This document shows, piece by piece, positions 58,587 through 64,000 of a stretch of 64,000 nucleotides of DNA. Both the position numbers and the translations under genes were made by a program. The notes under the pieces are model-generated. The model had not been told where the DNA came from and did not search any database. It saw nothing but the letters and a program-made list of their open reading frames with translations. Within the stretch, counting starts at the first letter, position 1, and each line of letters starts with the position of its first letter. The DNA is from an uncultured Solirubrobacteraceae bacterium (GTDB taxonomy: Bacteria > Actinomycetota > Thermoleophilia > Solirubrobacterales > Solirubrobacteraceae), in the NCBI GenBank assembly GCA_963839615.1, contig CAWIVY010000008.1, positions 535-64,534 on the forward strand, given 5' to 3'.

Positions 58587-60718
58587 CTAGTTCCGCCGGC
58601 GCTCGTCGGGCACCGCGTCGGCGCCGGCGGCGCGCGCGCCTGCACCGGCTGCCGCGGCGCCCGCCGCGTCCGCTCCAGCGGCCGCGCCCGCACCGGCCGC
58701 GGCGGCGGCATCGGCCGCTGCCGCCTGCGCGCCTGCCGGGGCCGCCGCCGCCGCCCCCGCCGCGGCTGCACCGGCGGCCTGTGCCTCGGCCCCGCCCGGC
58801 CGCACCGGGGCCCGCCGCGCGCTCGGGCTCCGCGCTCCGGCCGCCGCCGTCGTCGCCGCCGCCGCCGCCGCGCCCACGCCGCCGCCGGGCGCCCCGCCCC
58901 GGCCGCTGCGACCGCCCGCGGCACCGCCGCCGCCGTTCGGGCTCCCACCGCCCGCACCGTCGCCGCCACCGTCGGGCGGCTCGGCCGGCGGCGCCGCGAA
59001 CACGGGCGCCGACGCGGGGGGCGCGGGCGCCGGGCCGCCACCGGAGGCCGAGTCGCGCAGGCCCTCGGCCCGCACCAGGATCGCCTCGTCGATCATCGTG
59101 CCGACCTCCTGCCAGCCCTCGCGGACGTCCTCGACCTTGAAGTCCGACTCGACGCCGAGCATCTCGAAGACCTGCTGGACGATCAGGTTGACGACGTCCT
59201 CGAAGTTGTTGCATTGCTCCAGGGCCGCGGTGAAGCTGGCGATCTTCGCCTGGGCGAAGGCGATCTGCTCGCCGGCCTGGTCGACGACGATCTGCATGAA
59301 CGCGGCGACGTCGTCGGCGCCGGCCTTGAGCTCCTGGATGGGCGCGCGCAGGGTGGCCTTGGCGGCCTCGACCTCCTCGTTGATCTCCGCCACGAGCACC
59401 TCGATCCCCGCGTTCGCGACCCCGCCGGCGGTGTCGGCCACCGCCTCGGCGGCGTCGGCGAGCACGCCCTCGCCGAGGTCGGCCTCGGGGATCTTCACGT
59501 CCGGGACCACGAGCACGTCGATCGCGGCGAGCGCCTCGTCGCTGAACTCCTTGAGCCCGGTCGCCTTCTCCTTCGCCGTCGTCGACATCGCCTTCATCTG
59601 CGTCAGCTCGCCGATCCGCGCCTCGAGCGAGTGGAGCCCCTCGGCGGCGGCGTCGCGGGCGACGATGAACGGGTCCTGGCCGCCGAGCACCGTGGTCGCG
59701 ATCTGGTTGAGCTCGTCGAGCTGCTGGCTCACGTAGTCCGAGGCCGCGCCGAGCAGCGCGTCGCCGGTCTCGTAGGCGCCCTTCATCTGGCCGAGCTCGA
59801 GCAGGATCGCCTCGGCGGCCACGCGGCGCGCGATGTCGGTGACCGCGCCCGTCGCCTCCGGCGACGCCTCGAGCCGCGCCACGGCCGGCCCGCCGGGCGG
59901 GGCGGCCGCCGGCTTGGTGACCCCCTCGAGCCCCGTGCCGCCCCAGACGTTGTACCAGCCCTGGATGACCGCGACGGCGACCTGCTTGATGAACTTCGAC
60001 TGCCGCAGCAGGCCGCGGAGCACGACGTGCCCTGCTTGATCGGCTCGCAGTTGCCGAAGCCGCCCGTCACCATGTCGATCAGGTCGAGCACGCCCTGCAC
60101 CAGGTCGCCGAGCGCGTTGGCCTCGAAGTTCGTCGTCGTCTCGTGCCAGGCCTTGGCCGAGGGGGAGCCCGGCGGCGCCTTCGTCGTCCGGTAGAGGGCG
60201 CCGCAGGAGAGGCCGAAGTCGAACAGGAACTGCCAGGCGTCGAGGTAGGTCTTGCCCAGCTTGATCATGTCCTGCGTCGCCGCGCTCACCGGGGTGAACT
60301 CGACGAACACGACGGACACGGCCATCCCGTCCTGCACGAGCTGGTTGACGTAAGCGAGGTGGCCCAGCCCGTTGTTGAGGACCATGATCCCGCTGCGCAG
60401 GCCCAGGAACATCTTGAACCAGGGCGCTTCCTCGCCCGCGATCTTGTCGAAGTCCTGGTAGACGTTGATGCCGTCCGCCGTGAACCCGGCGAACAGGCCG
60501 TAGCCGGGGTACAGGCGCGCCACCTCGAGCGCCGTGCGGGCGAAGTCGAGCTTGTGCTCGTCCCAGATCGCGCCCCAGTCGGTGCTGCTCGACACGTCCG
60601 CGAGCGGTGTCGTGCCGGTCGGCGCAGGGGGCGCGGCCGTGGGCGCGCGCGCCAGCAGCGGCGCGACCGCGTGGTTGCCCGCCGCGCGCTGCAGGGCGAT
60701 CACCGTGCCGGGCGCCAT
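58587..60718 (-). pseudogene. Large helical protein with N-terminal LQRAAGNHAV motif and Gly/Ala/Pro-rich C-terminal tail; one apparent frameshift near 60035 (start uncertain, could be up to 60890)
   Basis: The N-part is in the 59783..60985 frame (..IALQRAAGNHAVAPLL.., then a hydrophobic/aromatic domain). The C-part is in the 58587..60890 frame (long helical Ala/Glu/Gln-rich region, then about 150 aa of low complexity). Confidence 0.5.
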
Positions 60719-60983
60719 CCCGCCCGCCAGGCCGGGTGCGCCCAGGCGGTTGAAGGTGCTCACCGCGGCGTAGGCGGCGGGCGTGAGGGCGACGCCCGGG
60801 CGGCGCGGGCGCGGCGACGACCGGCGCCGCGACCGGCGGCTGCTCTGGCTCGTGGGTGGTGGCAGGTGATTCGGACACACCCGGGGGCATGGCCCGTCAG
60901 CGGGCGCTGCCCGGAAACCTAGCCGTCCGGCGGCCGCGTGCGACAGGGACCATCGGGCAGGCGAACGGACCGAACGTCCTGCC

Positions 60984-61867
60984 ATGGTGGAGGCGGTGGC
61001 CCGGCGACTTCTCTGCTACGCGCTCGGCGGCGGGCTCGGGCACGTGACCCGCACCGTGGCGGTCCTCGCGGCGAGCGGGCTGGGAGGGCGAGGCGGTGCT
61101 GCTCGCCGCGCCCGAGCACCGGCGCGCCGCCGGCGGCCTGGAGGGTCTGCACGCCCGGCTACGACGACGCGGCCGATCCTGCCGCGCTCGGGGCGCTGGG
61201 TGGCGCGGGCGGATCGCGGAGCGGGGACGCCCGACGCGCTGCTCGTCGACGCGTTCCCCGGCGGGGTGATGGGCGAGCTGTGCGGGCTCCGGGCGCTGGC
61301 CGGCCTGGAGCTGCGCCGCACCGCGCGGCTGCTGCGCTGGGGGCGTCTACGCGCGCCGGTGCGAGGGCGCCGCTTCCCGCGCTACGACGCCATCGCGGTG
61401 GTCGAGGCGCTCCAGCCCGGCCATGCGCGGGCGCTCGCCGCGCTGAGCGGGAACGTCGCGCCGCTCGGGGCTCCCCGTCCCCGGCGCCGGATCCGCGTCC
61501 GCTGCCCGGGCCGGCGCGCCGGTGGCTCGTCGTGCACTCCGGCCCGGCCCGCGAGGTCCGCGCGCTCGCCCGGATCGCCGACGAGCGCCGCTGCGGGGGC
61601 GCCGCTCGGCGTCGTCACCCCGATCACCGTCGACGACCTGCCCGCCGGCGCCGAGACGGTCGACGCGATCCCCGCCGCGCCGCTGTACCCCGGCGCCGCC
61701 GGGATCGTCGCCGGGGCGGCGTTCAACACCGTGCGCGAGCTCGCGCCGTACCGCGACCGGCACGTCTGCGTCCCGTTCGACCGGCGGCTCGACGACCAGC
61801 ACGCGGGTGCAGCGCCAAGCGGCTGCTCCGCGGGGGGGGGGCGTCCGGGAGCCGGACTATCGACTGA
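60984..61867 (+). pseudogene. Hypothetical protein (GT-B/MurG-like N-terminus GGGLGH?) with several apparent frameshifts
   Basis: Sensible peptide stretches are scattered over three frames: RLLCYALGGGLGHVTRTVAVL, PDALLVDAFPGGVMGEL, WLVVHSGPAREV, PLYPGAAGIVAGAAFNTVREL. The function call is weak. Confidence 0.3.
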
Positions 61868-62808
61868 ATCTGGGGAGCACCTCGCGCTCGAGCCGTCGAA
61901 GAACTCGGCGTACCAGTCGCCGATCTGCTGGATGTAGAGCTCGTCGTGCCCGCGTCGGCGAACGCCTGGAGCGTCGCGACGATGGCGGTCGATGTCCGGC
62001 CCGCACGGCATCGCCTCGGCGACCATCTCCTCGGTCACGAGCTCCGTGGCCTGCTCGAAGTGCGCGGGCGTGGGGAGGACCTGGGGAGCTCGCCCGGGAG
62101 CCCGTCGTTCGGCCAGAGCCGGTGGGCGGTGGCGCGGGCGGCCGCCTCGTCCGGTCCGCAGCAGACCTTCGTGCCCGCCCTGGACCGGCCTTGTCGCCGC
62201 CGCCGCTCGCGCGGAAGCGCGTCGACCGTCCGCGTCGGGCTGACGGTGCAGAAGCCGTCGCCGATCCGGCCGGCCAGCTCGCCCGCCTTCGGCCCGAACC
62301 CGGAGACGTAGACCGGCGGCGGTGGTCCGGGACCGTGTAGATCCGCGCGTTCTGGACCGTGTAGTGCTCGCCCTGATGGCTGACCGGTCGCCGGCCCACA
62401 GCGCGCGAATCACGTCGATCGGCCTCCTCGAGCATCTCCAGCCGCACGTCGACCGCGGGCCAGCGGTCGCCGAGGATGTGCTCGTTGAGCGCCTCGCCGG
62501 TGCCGACGCCGAACGTGAAGCGGCCCTCGAGCAGCACCGCCGCGGTTGCCGCGGCCTGCGCGATGATCGCCGGGTGGATGCGGACGGTCGGGCAGGTCAC
62601 CGCCGTCGTCGACGGCAGGCCGGGGACGGCCTGCGCGAGCGCCCCGATCACCGACCAGACGAACGGGCTCTCGCCCTGCTCGTCGTTCCAGGGGTGGAAG
62701 TGGTCGGAGATCCAGAGCCGCTCGAAGCCCGCCCGCGGGCGAGTGTCGCCTGTCGACCAGCTCGCGCGGTCCGAACTCCTCGCAGGACAGGAAGTAGCCG
62801 ATACGCAT
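61857..62808 (-). pseudogene. LLM-class F420-dependent oxidoreductase (G6PDH-family-like) with at least 8 apparent frameshifts
   Basis: MRIGYFLSCEEFGPRELV, ..GFERLWISDHFHPWNDEQGESPFVWSVIGALA.., ..GRFTFGVGTGEALNEH.., ..YVSGFGPKAGELAGRIGDGF.. and ..EREVLPRFSR are found in different minus frames. Confidence 0.65.
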
Positions 62809-62892
62809 GGTCACGCGCTACCCGCGAACATCCGTTAGGGTCACCTAAGTTAGGGCCGCCTAACGTTTTTGTCCACCGCTCCCCAGAGGCCC

Positions 62893-64000
62893 ATGCTCAC
62901 CGACACCTGGCAGAAAGCCGAGCTACCGTCGCCGGCTGCGCGGCCGCCGCGCTCGTCGCGCTCACGGCGCTCGTCCTCCTGCCCGCCGCCGCGGCCGCCG
63001 CGCCCACCGCGACGCTCACCCCGGCGACCGCGTTCAGCGCCGGCAACCGGCAGGTCGACGCCGGGCCCGGGACGCCGCGGACCTACACCGTCACGAGCAC
63101 GGGCACAGACCCGCTCGCCGTCACGGGCGTGACGCTCACCGGCGTCGGCGCCGGCCAGTTCACGGTCACCGATGACACCTGCACGGCCCGCGGCGCCGGC
63201 CAGCCGCTGGCCACGGGCGAGACGTGCCGCGTCCTCGTGGCGTTCGACCCGGACGCGACGGGAGCCGCCACCGCGGCCCTGGAGATCGGGACGAACGGCC
63301 CGGCGCTGACGTCCGCCGCGCTCACCGGCACGGGCCGTGACCTCGCGCTGTCGGCGACCGCCCACGCGTTCGGCGCCGTCCCCGTCGGAGGGGCCGCCGA
63401 GCCGTTCACGGTGACGATCACGAACGAGGACGCCGCCGCCTACACCCTGGGGGCGCTCAGCGTCAGCTACGGGCTTCGCCCGTGGCCGGGCACACCTGCG
63501 CCGCCGCGCTCGCGCCGGCCGCCAGCTGCACGGCCACGATCGAGTTCGCGCCCGGCGACCTCGGGCCGTTCGCGTCGGCGCTGGCGATCAGCGGCTACGG
63601 CCCGGCGCCGCTGGCGCTCACGGCCGAGGCCACGCAGCCCGCGGCGGCGGTCACCCCGGCCGGCTGGGAGTTCGGCCGGGGCCCCGGCACGCGCCACTTC
63701 ACGGTCCGCAACGGCGGCAACGCGCCGCTGCGGCTCGGCGCCGCGGCGATCGACGGCGGGGGCCCGTTCGCGCTCGGCGACGACGCGTGCTCCGGCGCGG
63801 TCGTCGCGCCCGGGCCGGCGTGCAGCCTGACGGTCGGCTTCGCGCCGGCCGGGCCCGGCTGGCGCACGGCGATGCTCCGCGTGCCGGCCGAGGACGGCGT
63901 GCCGGCGGTCCTTGCGCGGCTCTCCGGGCGTGGTGCCGGCACGGGCCTCGACGCCCGACCCGCTGCGGCCGGTCGACCTCGCCGGCCAGCCGCTGGTGCG
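62893..64000 (+). pseudogene. Secreted repeat protein with choice-of-anchor-D-like beta-sandwich domains (3' end outside window; at least 1-2 apparent frameshifts)
   Basis: Signal-like AALVALTALVLLPAAAAAAP, then repeated ..F.V.N.G..PL.....L.G....F.....C....L..G..C...V.F.P...G modules. The frame changes near 63470-63490, and the ATG at 62893 is not in frame with the signal peptide. Confidence 0.45.

Overview
This is a high-GC (about 70% or more by eye) bacterial chromosomal segment. Gene content and architecture look Actinomycetota-like: many GTG/TTG starts, 4-nt GTGA/ATGA/TTGA stop-start overlaps, and probable leaderless promoters. I cannot assign a species. I support about 55 protein genes. 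I recognised no rRNA, tRNA, CRISPR array, transposase or integrase. Left to right the window holds:
- a KaiC-like ATPase (partial) and cytochrome bd oxidase cydAB
- a membrane-anchored Vps62/DUF946-like protein
- STAS and PAS-GGDEF signalling genes, then a secreted lipase, an MBL hydrolase and an SDR
- an acyl-CoA dehydrogenase / IclR / ADP-forming acyl-CoA synthetase group
- a membrane protein with a GntR regulator
- a Vgb-like beta-propeller and a Ser/Thr kinase with FG-GAP ectodomain
- adk and a cupin
- a uvsE / homogentisate-type prenyltransferase / VTE3-like methyltransferase / tocopherol-cyclase-like cluster
- ligA, an ABC-2 exporter and a GH3 beta-glucosidase
- a TPR-AAA+ (CbbX/SpoVK-like) protein
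- a long minus-strand peptide-utilisation chain (HDAC-like amidohydrolase, S9 peptidase, Opp/Dpp ABC transporter, P5C-dehydrogenase-like ALDH)
- a DmpA-like peptidase, phhA with lrp, and a MocR regulator with a PNPOx-like gene
- a 3.5-kb tandem duplication of tig-clpP-clpX
- a block of apparently indel-riddled genes running to the window end.

Most notable observations:
1. A vitamin-E-type (tocochromanol) gene set sits in a genome with no phototrophy genes in view, and it is translationally chained to a UV-damage endonuclease.
2. The tig-clpP-clpX duplication has diverged. Both clpP and clpX copies are intact, but one tig copy carries eight 1-nt indels.
3. Frameshift density is patchy and very high from 56.9 kb onward. 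This could be assembly error or real gene decay, and raw reads are needed to decide.
4. A large helical protein carries an N-terminal LQRxAGNxAV motif and a Gly/Ala-rich tail.

All calls rest on reading the translations and sequence by eye. No database search was run.
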